DNA of 35,943 nucleotides from a virus (lineage: Duplodnaviria; Caudoviricetes). The notes below the pieces were generated by a model. It did not search any database and was not told where the DNA came from. It worked only from the letters and a program-made list of their open reading frames with translations. Within the stretch, counting starts at the first letter, position 1; every line of letters starts with the position of its first letter. Both the position numbers and the translations under genes were made by a program. Below are positions 18,566 through 25,208 of the stretch, piece by piece. The stretch is taken from the IMG/VR virus record IMGVR_UViG_3300032219_000995, positions 1 to 35,943 of that record, one strand, 5' to 3'.

Positions 18566-18588
18566 GGTAGATATAAATACTTATATAT

Positions 18589-18792
18589 ATGGAGAGTGTT
18601 GTGGATAAGAATCAAAAGATGTTTACAGAGTTTCGTCCGAGTGATTACAGAATGGCTCGGTCGATGAGAGAGGCTTACGGGTGGGATGCGCCGCTGTATG
18701 TTAAGGAAGCGGAGCATCCTATTTGGGAGAAGGTTTGCTTCGGCGCTGCGGTTGCAGCTTTGGTGATTCTTACTTTGACGGTGACGCTATGA
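18589..18792 (+). CDS. Small membrane protein
   Basis: 'YRMARSMREAYG' plus a C-terminal hydrophobic helix. Start uncertain. Confidence 0.6.
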   Translation: MESVVDKNQKMFTEFRPSDYRMARSMREAYGWDAPLYVKEAEHPIWEKVCFGAAVAALVILTLTVTL

Positions 18793-18926
18793 AACTGACT
18801 GTTCTGAATCTCTGGCAAGACTTTCCGATTGGGATGGAACACATGAAGTTCTGGTTGAACGCCGAGAAGACTGTTGGTTGGTACTCGGTGACGGTTTGTG
18901 GATTCTGCTTCATGTTGATGGTGTAA
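18789..18926 (+). CDS. Small hypothetical protein
   Basis: ATGA-coupled to the previous gene. MKLTVLNLWQDF...(45 aa). Confidence 0.5.
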   Translation: MKLTVLNLWQDFPIGMEHMKFWLNAEKTVGWYSVTVCGFCFMLMV

Positions 18927-19007
18927 CAAAAGTTTAACTCACATAGATGGTTTGTGTGAGATAGTTGCTTCACGGCACTTGAGCCGGACAGAGAAAAGGG
19001 GACTGAG
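18921..19007 (+). repeat. Repeated leader/promoter element, copy 1
   Basis: GTGTAACAAAAG...GTGAGATAGTT...CACGGC...GAGCCGG...RBS, shared with the copies at 23072 and 24264. Confidence 0.7.
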
Positions 19008-19301
19008 ATGGATATGACATTGAACCTTACCCAAGTCGATGAACTGGGTGTTTTGCTTGCACAGATTGCTGACCTTACTTCCAAGGCTGATGCAATCAAA
19101 GAGGGTCTGAAGGATGCTGCAACAGCTCCTGGTGGCAACAACGTCTTTGAGGGTAACTTCTACCGCTCGACTGTTGTTGAGTCCAACCGTTCAACCGTTG
19201 ACTACAAATCTTTGATGGCTGAATTCAACATTCCGGCTGATGCTGTAGCTCGTTACACGAAGACGACTGCAGTGTTCTCAGTCAAGACTACTTCACGATA
19301 A
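19008..19301 (+). CDS. Hypothetical protein (cassette 1 cargo)
   Basis: 97 aa. N-terminal helix 'VDELGVLLAQIADL..KADAIK'. Flanked by the leader and a hairpin. Confidence 0.8.
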   Translation: MDMTLNLTQVDELGVLLAQIADLTSKADAIKEGLKDAATAPGGNNVFEGNFYRSTVVESNRSTVDYKSLMAEFNIPADAVARYTKTTAVFSVKTTSR

Positions 19302-19305
19302 CAAC

Positions 19306-19321
19306 AGGGGCTTCGGCCCCT
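19306..19321 (+). terminator. UUCG-tetraloop hairpin (terminator or processing signal)
   Basis: AGGGGC-TTCG-GCCCCT immediately after the stop. The U-tract is weak. Confidence 0.6.
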
Positions 19322-19333
19322 CTGGAGAGCGAA

Positions 19334-19642
19334 ATGTTGGAACACAGAAAACAAGTCTGGTTGAGCTACGAAGTGTGGTTTGAAGATGACATAGCCCATC
19401 TGCTGTTAGGCCGGGAACCCCTTGCGCCGTTTCTTGCAGGCAAGCCGGACAATTGGGAAAGTTTGTTGTGTGCTGCTAAAGAAGCAGTTCAAAACTCGGG
19501 CCTCGTTGGTAAAGACGCATATCACGGGGTTGAGTTTAATCCGCAAGAGGTTATTGCATGGGCTAACAAAAACAAAGAATGGCCCTTGTTCCCATTTTTA
19601 GAGAATGCAGAACATCAAGAAGCTGTTGCGATTGGAGACTGA
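19334..19642 (+). CDS. Hypothetical protein
   Basis: 102 aa, GGAGAG RBS. Confidence 0.7.
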   Translation: MLEHRKQVWLSYEVWFEDDIAHLLLGREPLAPFLAGKPDNWESLLCAAKEAVQNSGLVGKDAYHGVEFNPQEVIAWANKNKEWPLFPFLENAEHQEAVAIGD

Positions 19643-19643
19643 C

Positions 19644-19847
19644 ATGGCTGGTTATACAGTTCGGACCTTTCATGCAAACGGGCAATGGGTAAAAGTTACC
19701 CGTGACAACATCAATAGAGAGTATTTCTTTGCTAGAGGATATGAAGGCGACGATTGGGCCAGTGACGTGGGTAAGGCTCCGTTCAAACGCATAAAAAATT
19801 GGGCAGATGTAATTTATTGCGTTATCAAAATTATGAGGAAATCATGA
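19644..19847 (+). CDS. Hypothetical protein
   Basis: GGAG RBS, then MAGYTVRTF... (67 aa). Confidence 0.6.
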   Translation: MAGYTVRTFHANGQWVKVTRDNINREYFFARGYEGDDWASDVGKAPFKRIKNWADVIYCVIKIMRKS

Positions 19848-19996
19848 ACTCATCCTTTCACGAGGCTCTAGTCAAGGCTCTGAAAAAACTTGGTTGGGAA
19901 GACTCGAAGATTGATGACTACATAAAAAATTTAACCAGAAGTGTTGACTCCAAGTAATCTTTTATCGTAGAGTTACATCAACACGAGGGGGACGAG

Positions 19997-20197
19997 ATGG
20001 ACTATCAATTCAGAAATGCAGTTGGGACCGTTGAGCAGTATTTGTTTACCGATGCTGGCTGGGGCTACCTTGAGGCGATTAAGTACCTGAGCGAGCATCC
20101 AGACTTTGACAAGGCACCGAAGCACGTCAAGGACGTTGCTTACGACATGTATCACGAAGGTGCCTTTGACGTTGACTACATCTGTGGGCCGTTCTGA
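19997..20197 (+). CDS. Hypothetical protein
   Basis: 66 aa with a GAGGGGG RBS. Upstream TTGACT...TAGAGT promoter-like sequence. Confidence 0.7.
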   Translation: MDYQFRNAVGTVEQYLFTDAGWGYLEAIKYLSEHPDFDKAPKHVKDVAYDMYHEGAFDVDYICGPF

Positions 20198-20198
20198 C

Positions 20199-20408
20199 AT
20201 GAGGGCCTACTGTGACTACATAGCTCACCTGTGCTGTTCGTTGTTGAAGAACCACGACGCGCAGGGACTTATCTACTCGGCCGGTCCTGTTCGCCTAGAC
20301 CTAGACCCGAATGGTGCTTTTAACAGTACTACTAAAAGGTTTGATGTGACTGACATCAACGGCCGGAAATACACCGTGACTATTGAGGAAAAAGAAAATG
20401 TACAGTGA
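20199..20408 (+). CDS. Hypothetical protein
   Basis: MRAYCDYIAHL...DVTDINGRKYTVTIEE. Starts 1 nt after the previous stop. Confidence 0.65.
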   Translation: MRAYCDYIAHLCCSLLKNHDAQGLIYSAGPVRLDLDPNGAFNSTTKRFDVTDINGRKYTVTIEEKENVQ

Positions 20409-20676
20409 TTGGTCAGAGTTTATTTTGCGTGACTTGTTGAGGGGTAAGGCTCGGTTGGTTGCTGACCGCTGCTTTGTCCTCGATGAGACCAGTTCATCAA
20501 TCCGGCTTGGTATGTCTGCTCTGTATCAGCCGTTGCTTGATGACGAGGTTGTGAAAAGCCTTAACAAAGAGTTCCAGGAGAACATCAATCCCGATTGCAA
20601 GGTGAGCGTTGAGATTGCTGAACAGCCAGACTTTTTGCCAACACCAATTCAAGAACGAATGATGAGGCGTCAATGA
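20398..20676 (+). CDS. Protein resembling DNA polymerase III tau (DnaX) C-terminal domain V
   Basis: 'DW.....L.G.AR.VA..C......I.L......L......L...........VSVEI......TP.Q.R' follows the tau domain V pattern as judged by eye. GAGG RBS. Confidence 0.5.
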   Translation: MYSDWSEFILRDLLRGKARLVADRCFVLDETSSSIRLGMSALYQPLLDDEVVKSLNKEFQENINPDCKVSVEIAEQPDFLPTPIQERMMRRQ

Positions 20677-20963
20677 GTGAAATTACTTGGTACACCGCAA
20701 AAAATATAGAAGGCCAAAAAAAACTGCCTAAGTGGTTCAGAACAACTGGACTGTCTGATGATGGAGTTGTTTACATTCCAGCAGCAGCTTTGGGGGATGA
20801 GAACTTTGTTTTCTATTCGGCGCTGTTTGATGGCACCAGTGTGGCTATTGATAACGAACGTTTGTACATCAACACCAAATGGCTAGTTCAGCAGTTTCCA
20901 GACTTTGCTAATGAACTTACATCTTTGGAACAAAAGATAAAGGCTAAGGCTGCAAAACAATGA
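20673..20963 (+). CDS. Hypothetical protein
   Basis: 96 aa, ATGA-coupled, GAGG RBS. Confidence 0.7.
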   Translation: MSEITWYTAKNIEGQKKLPKWFRTTGLSDDGVVYIPAAALGDENFVFYSALFDGTSVAIDNERLYINTKWLVQQFPDFANELTSLEQKIKAKAAKQ

Positions 20964-21090
20964 CCGGAAACATCATTAGCATTCGGTTTAAGTTGTTTGG
21001 CCGACGTTTTTTCTGCCGTGTGTTTTGGTCAGAAACGCGTCATATTAAATGTATTCCGTCTTTTCTTTTTGGTTATGCAAGGAAAGCAAC

Positions 21091-21276
21091 ATGAACCGCG
21101 ATGACATCATCCGTATAGCGGGTCACAGAGAAGTGCCGCCTTGGGTTATGAAGTTGGTGCAAGATTGTGTTGAAGCCGAGCGTGAGCAATGTGCTAAATG
21201 CGCTGAGACATACGCTTACATGAGTGACAACTTCAACGCGTTGGCGGCGGAAATTCGAGCAAGGGGAGAGAAATGA
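21091..21276 (+). CDS. Hypothetical protein
   Basis: AAGGA RBS. MNRDDIIRIA...AEREQCAKCAE...AAEIRARG, a pattern common among small phage accessory proteins. Confidence 0.7.
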   Translation: MNRDDIIRIAGHREVPPWVMKLVQDCVEAEREQCAKCAETYAYMSDNFNALAAEIRARGEK

Positions 21277-21417
21277 AATTTGGCGTGTTGAGTTGTGTTG
21301 AAACTGACAGTGAACTCATTGTTAGTCTTCGTGTTGATGAAGAGGCCCGTCAGTATTTGATAAGCAGGGGCTTTTGTGCGTTGTTAGAAGATGTAATTAA
21401 AAAAATTGAGGAAAGTG

Positions 21418-21600
21418 ATGAACGAGAAACGCCAGAGGGCATTTGATGATTGGTGGTTGTTACATGCAACGCCTGAAAGCCGGACCACACCCAGTGCAAT
21501 TTGGGAATCTGCATGTGACTGGATGAAGCAAGAGCTTATTTCAAAGTTTGAATCAAATCATGCTCGGGTTAACAATCGTCCGAGCGTATTCCCCGAATGA
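21418..21600 (+). CDS. Hypothetical protein
   Basis: MNEKRQRAFDDWW...IWESA. Its 3' end overlaps the convergent phosphoesterase gene. Confidence 0.5.
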   Translation: MNEKRQRAFDDWWLLHATPESRTTPSAIWESACDWMKQELISKFESNHARVNNRPSVFPE

Positions 21601-22710
21601 TGAATGGTAAGTAATACATTGGGCGTCGCGCTGGCTTCTATAGCCGGCGTTGTGCGCCCAGAGGTCTGACGGTTGAAGAACTCGATGAGTCTCAACTGAC
21701 ACGCCCGGAAGGTCTTTAAGGGTCTTGTGGTGGACGTGACCGAGGTGTGCATACCTGTGTGTACATTGTCCCCACATCACCGCCTGGTCAGAAGCCATGA
21801 CGCCTAACATCTGTTCCATCTTGACTGTGTCGCCATGAGTGGCGGCCAGCATGACTGACCCAAACTGCATGTAGTAAAACTTGTTGGCAGAAGTCTCAAT
21901 GTGGACGCGAGGTTCATTCTCGTATGCGACCTGCAGCCAAAGGGACAGGTCTACAGCCGAGTAGTCGTCATGATTCCCGATGATGTTCCAGACGATGACT
22001 TTGTCATGTTTGCGCAGGCACATCTGAATCATTGACCGCAGGATGCGGAAGCCTACCTTGCGGACCTTCTGGTAACGTCCGTCGACGTCAAGGTGGTGCG
22101 AACTTCTGAGCGTGACATTCCTGCCATCATCAGCGTGAAAATAATCACCAAGGTTGAGAATGAGGGCTGTTGTCGCTGATGGGGAGCGCTCAACTAAGTC
22201 ATCGTGGGCTTTAGTGAATAGTTGTTCTGCTAGTTCAAGGTCGTGGTCGTGTCCAACTTCCTCATGCCATGACCTTTGGCCGACGTGAGGGTCCCCGTAC
22301 ACAAAACAGTTGAGTAACCGGCTGTCTGGCTGTTGAGTGCCAGGATTTGTCGGAGCCACTCGGACGATGTCGTCTTTGAATGCTTCAAGAAAGGCTTCTT
22401 GGATTTCGCGCGCGGTTTGTTTGTCTTGCGTAGACTTGACCCATTGTCCAGCAGCTTGCCCGTCTTTGTTGTAGTATGTACTCACACCCCTCACAACAAA
22501 GCCCTCGGGAACTGTATGGACCATGTCATGCTCTGGACTGAGACCTCGGCGAGCTGCTCGAATCTTCAGTCTTTGCAGTGCGCGCTCCAACGAGCGTCTG
22601 TTGATGCCTAATTCTTTTGCCGCGGCGGTTTGATTACCAAATTGCTCAATCGCATCAAGAATTTCGTGGTCACGAACGGTCGCAAACTCTCTTAAATGTT
22701 TCATAAACAT
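21553..22710 (-). CDS. Calcineurin-like metallophosphoesterase with N-terminal HTH
   Basis: Ordered metal-binding motifs GDPHVG, LGDYFH, GNHD, THGD, GHVHH. N-terminal 'GNQTAAAKELGINRRSL' is a Fis-type HTH. Confidence 0.85.
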   Translation of the reverse strand: MFMKHLREFATVRDHEILDAIEQFGNQTAAAKELGINRRSLERALQRLKIRAARRGLSPEHDMVHTVPEGFVVRGVSTYYNKDGQAAGQWVKSTQDKQTAREIQEAFLEAFKDDIVRVAPTNPGTQQPDSRLLNCFVYGDPHVGQRSWHEEVGHDHDLELAEQLFTKAHDDLVERSPSATTALILNLGDYFHADDGRNVTLRSSHHLDVDGRYQKVRKVGFRILRSMIQMCLRKHDKVIVWNIIGNHDDYSAVDLSLWLQVAYENEPRVHIETSANKFYYMQFGSVMLAATHGDTVKMEQMLGVMASDQAVMWGQCTHRYAHLGHVHHKTLKDLPGVSVETHRVLQPSDLWAHNAGYRSQRDAQCITYHSSFGEYARTIVNPSMI

Positions 22711-22806
22711 ATGTTCCTAAACAAGTTTATGGATTTACGCTTGCTTCTAGCGTAATTAAGCACTAGCAATATTGCAGTTTTAGTATCAACTTCACAAGGA
22801 ATCACG

Positions 22807-22983
22807 ATGGAAACGTATGACTGGTCGTACTATTTGATTCGAGCAGAGCATGAACTCCGCGATGCCGCAGAGAACCTCAATCGCCAGAAACTTTCCGAGG
22901 CCGACGACCAGCTTGCTCGGGTGCTAAATCATTGCCGCATGGCGCGCATTTACATTGCAAATCAAGAGAATAAGACTGTATAA
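22807..22983 (+). CDS. Small helical hypothetical protein
   Basis: AAGGA RBS. METYDWSYYLIRAEHELRDA...(58 aa, manual translation). Confidence 0.65.
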   Translation: METYDWSYYLIRAEHELRDAAENLNRQKLSEADDQLARVLNHCRMARIYIANQENKTV

Positions 22984-22984
22984 T
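22955..22984 (+). promoter_or_regulatory. Sigma70-like promoter for the tRNA
   Basis: TTGCAA-18 nt-TATAAT ending 5 nt before the tRNA 5' end. Confidence 0.6.
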
Positions 22985-22989
22985 CGAGG

Positions 22990-23064
22990 CGCGGGGTAGT
23001 GGAGAGGTACGCACGTCAGCCCCATAAGCTGAAGACGCAGGTTCGAATCCTGCCCCCGCAACCA
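22990..23064 (+). tRNA. tRNA-Met(CAT), initiator (fMet)-type acceptor stem, atypical anticodon arm
   Basis: Acceptor CGCGGGG/CCCCGCA with a C1xA72 mismatch, discriminator A and encoded CCA. T arm GCAGG-TTCGAAT-CCTGC. Anticodon arm TCAGC-CCCATAA-GCTGA. Confidence 0.9.
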
Positions 23065-23071
23065 ATGGATT

Positions 23072-23150
23072 GTGTAACGTAAAGTTCATGTCCAAAGCCG
23101 AAAAGTATGCGAATCTTCTCCTACGGCACTAGCGCCGGATGGAGAGTCAG
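23072..23150 (+). repeat. Repeated leader/promoter element, copy 2 (diverged)
   Basis: GTGTAAC..AAAG...ACGGCACT..CGCCGG..GGAGAG before the ATG at 23151. Confidence 0.55.
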
Positions 23151-23324
23151 ATGAAATACGAAGTTTGGTACAACGGTGTAGACAACAGATTCATGGCCCG
23201 GATGTTGGTGGGCAGCGAAGAGGTTGGTCCGATTTGCTCTGGAGACACATCAACCGATGCTGTATTCCTGTTGGGGATTGCGTACGGTAAGAACCCAGAG
23301 AACTTTGAGCCGGAGAAATCATGA
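23151..23324 (+). CDS. Hypothetical protein (cassette 2 cargo)
   Basis: GGAGAG RBS, then MKYEVWYNG... (57 aa). Confidence 0.65.
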   Translation: MKYEVWYNGVDNRFMARMLVGSEEVGPICSGDTSTDAVFLLGIAYGKNPENFEPEKS

Positions 23325-23452
23325 GCGCACTACTCGCGATGTACGTGGTTGCATTACAGAGCTGTACTGTCCAAGACTACTTTTTCCCACAACAGATGTT
23401 GAAGTGCATGACCTGCTGCGAAGACGGTAAGTGCTGGGTGATTTGTCAATGA
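23321..23452 (+). CDS. Small Cys-rich peptide with hydrophobic N-terminus
   Basis: GGAG RBS, ATGA-coupled at both ends. MSALLAMYVVALQSCTVQDYFFPQQMLKCMTCCEDGKCWVICQ. Confidence 0.6.
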   Translation: MSALLAMYVVALQSCTVQDYFFPQQMLKCMTCCEDGKCWVICQ

Positions 23453-23700
23453 CCCAAGAAGAGACAGCAGAATTCATCCGTCGAAGCATTCAAGAGCGGA
23501 CCGAAGAAGAAGACCGTGTCCGACTGTGGGAGATTGGATACATCATCATCTGCGCAGTCATCATTGCGACCTTCAGTGCAATCGTTTGGAAACAAGAGCA
23601 GGCTAGAATCCAATACGAAGAAGACTGCCGAAGTAAAGGGTCTTGGGCCGCAAAAGACCCAGACGGTAACTACTTATGTGTTAAGATACGGAATGACTAA
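23449..23700 (+). CDS. Single-pass membrane protein
   Basis: Transmembrane segment 'IGYIIICAVIIATFSAIVW' followed by C..KG.........Y.C. Confidence 0.65.
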   Translation: MTQEETAEFIRRSIQERTEEEDRVRLWEIGYIIICAVIIATFSAIVWKQEQARIQYEEDCRSKGSWAAKDPDGNYLCVKIRND

Positions 23701-23875
23701 AGACGAACTTCTTTCGATGGCGCTCAAGGCTCTCAGCGAGGCTTACCCCGCAGAGCACCCGCCGTATGTCCAGAACCAGATGCGTGCTGCTATCAATGCA
23801 ATCCGTAAGCATCAAAGCATGTCTGACCAAGACGCTTACGATGCAGCAGTAGACATGGCCGCCGAGAAGCAATAA
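23693..23875 (+). CDS. Hypothetical protein
   Basis: MTKDELLSMALKAL...AAINAIR (60 aa). Overlaps the previous stop. Confidence 0.6.
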   Translation: MTKDELLSMALKALSEAYPAEHPPYVQNQMRAAINAIRKHQSMSDQDAYDAAVDMAAEKQ

Positions 23876-23914
23876 TATTGCGCTGCAGCATTTATTAACT
23901 TAACGGAGGTCGTT

Positions 23915-24058
23915 ATGAACTACCAAGACGTTTTTGCCCAATGGTCGGCAGCTTGCCGCGACATCGTTGTTACTCAGTTTGGCTATGCGATGGACGCGTG
24001 GAAGAACGCCGAAACCAAGATGCAAGCCAAGCCCGACTGGATGTGGTGGAAGAAGTAA
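23915..24058 (+). CDS. Small helical peptide
   Basis: GGAGGT RBS. MNYQDVFAQWSAACRDIVVTQFGYAMDAWKNAETKMQAKPDWMWWKK (47 aa). Confidence 0.7.
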   Translation: MNYQDVFAQWSAACRDIVVTQFGYAMDAWKNAETKMQAKPDWMWWKK

Positions 24059-24150
24059 GTTAAAAAGAGCGTGGGCTGGATACGGGTTGTCTTTCGAGCG
24101 GATTAACACGAACCCGGTTCACGCTCTTCCTGTTTTAGAGTTTTTAGATG

Positions 24151-24249
24151 GGGTGGTTAAATGCGCATAAGGTTGGTTACCTATAGTGCGCTCCCAGCGG
24201 CAGGGTATCTAGTCCTAGGTGGCCTAACCAGCCGACGTTGCCGCCACCC
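24151..24249 (+). ncRNA. Candidate structured RNA with loop-loop pseudoknot
   Basis: Closing stem GGGTGG/CCACCC, inner stems GCGCA/TGCGC and GCGGCA/TGCCGC, and complementary loops TGGTTA and TAACCA. Confidence 0.5.
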
Positions 24250-24263
24250 TTTCTAAACGCTTT

Positions 24264-24351
24264 GTGTAACAAAAGATTCACGCACACAGGGATTGCATGT
24301 GAGATAGTTACATCACGGCGAACGAGCCGGGCAGCGAAGGAGAGGTTGAAC
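24264..24351 (+). repeat. Repeated leader/promoter element, copy 3
   Basis: GTGTAACAAAAG...GTGAGATAGTT...CACGGC...GAGCCGG...AAGGAGAGG, closely matching copy 1. Confidence 0.7.
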
Positions 24352-24624
24352 ATGGATTCGGTCGTTACTATAAAAGTTAGCAAGACAATAGAAAACGAAT
24401 ACGCAAACAGGCTTCCAAGCGAATTGCCGCTAAAAAAGCTAAAAGCCGGAACCTGCAAGCTAACGCTTGAAGAAGCTCAAGCCGTTTTAGGTGATGCAGA
24501 ATTTAACAGCAACACTGAATGCCAAGACGTTGGGCCTTATGGAATGCCTCTAAATGTATTCAACTCATACAAGGCTTTGGCAAAGCAGGTTCAATCCGCT
24601 ATCAATAAAATAACGATTGCTTGA
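24352..24624 (+). CDS. Hypothetical protein (cassette 3 cargo)
   Basis: Strong RBS, then MDSVVTIKVSK... (90 aa), followed by a hairpin. Confidence 0.75.
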   Translation: MDSVVTIKVSKTIENEYANRLPSELPLKKLKAGTCKLTLEEAQAVLGDAEFNSNTECQDVGPYGMPLNVFNSYKALAKQVQSAINKITIA

Positions 24625-24630
24625 CTAAGT

Positions 24631-24654
24631 GGGACTTCGGCCCCCTTGTTGTTT
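24631..24654 (+). terminator. UUCG hairpin terminator
   Basis: GGGAC-TTCG-GCCCC followed by CTTGTTGTTT. One stem mismatch. Confidence 0.5.
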
Positions 24655-24663
24655 ACCAAGAAG

Positions 24664-24699
24664 TGATACAATTAGGTTATCTCAATTAACGAGGTAACC
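24664..24699 (+). promoter_or_regulatory. Extended -10 promoter and RBS-occluding hairpin upstream of terS
   Basis: TGnTACAAT at 24664-24672. The stem GGTTATCTC/GAGGTAACC covers the GAGGT RBS. Confidence 0.55.
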
Positions 24700-24701
24700 C
24701 A

Positions 24702-25208
24702 ATGGAACAACCTCCGCAAAAGAAATCCGGCCAGCCGAAGCGTATTGGCCGTCCCTCTAAGTACACACCAGAACTAGTCCAAGAGATTGCCCAGCGACTA
24801 TCTGAAGGTGAGCCTCTTCGACAAATATGTCGTGACGCTCATATGCCTGAATGGCGCACAGTTTACGATTGGATGTATAAGGATGAATCGCTTTCCGCAG
24901 CCATCGCGAAAGCTAGAGAATTAGGGCAAGAAGCCATTGCTGAGGATATTCTTCGAGAGATTAACGAAGAGCCTGAGCGCATATTATCTGAGGGTGGTGG
25001 GCGCATTGATTCTGGATATGTGCAACTGATTCGTGCCCGCGCAGATATTAAACTGAAGTTATTGGCCAAGTGGAATCCGAAGCGTTACGGTGACCGCATT
25101 GCTCTTGCCGGTGATTCTGAAGCGCCTGTAGTCGTACAGAACCAGACCACTGATGAAGTCCGCGAGATGCTCAAGATGATTGAGATGAAGGTGCGCGGAG
25201 TTGATTGA
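24702..25208 (+). CDS. terS: Terminase small subunit (Sf6 gp1-like)
   Basis: 'GRPSKYTPEL...I..RLSEGEPLRQIC....MP...TVYDW...ARE.G' and 'KW.PKRYGD'. Directly upstream of terL. Confidence 0.92.
   Translation: MEQPPQKKSGQPKRIGRPSKYTPELVQEIAQRLSEGEPLRQICRDAHMPEWRTVYDWMYKDESLSAAIAKARELGQEAIAEDILREINEEPERILSEGGGRIDSGYVQLIRARADIKLKLLAKWNPKRYGDRIALAGDSEAPVVVQNQTTDEVREMLKMIEMKVRGVD

Noticed and set aside
22990-23064. tRNA as an attachment site marking a prophage boundary
   Set aside because: Phage genes continue on both sides, and no integrase or duplicated tRNA 3' end is visible.
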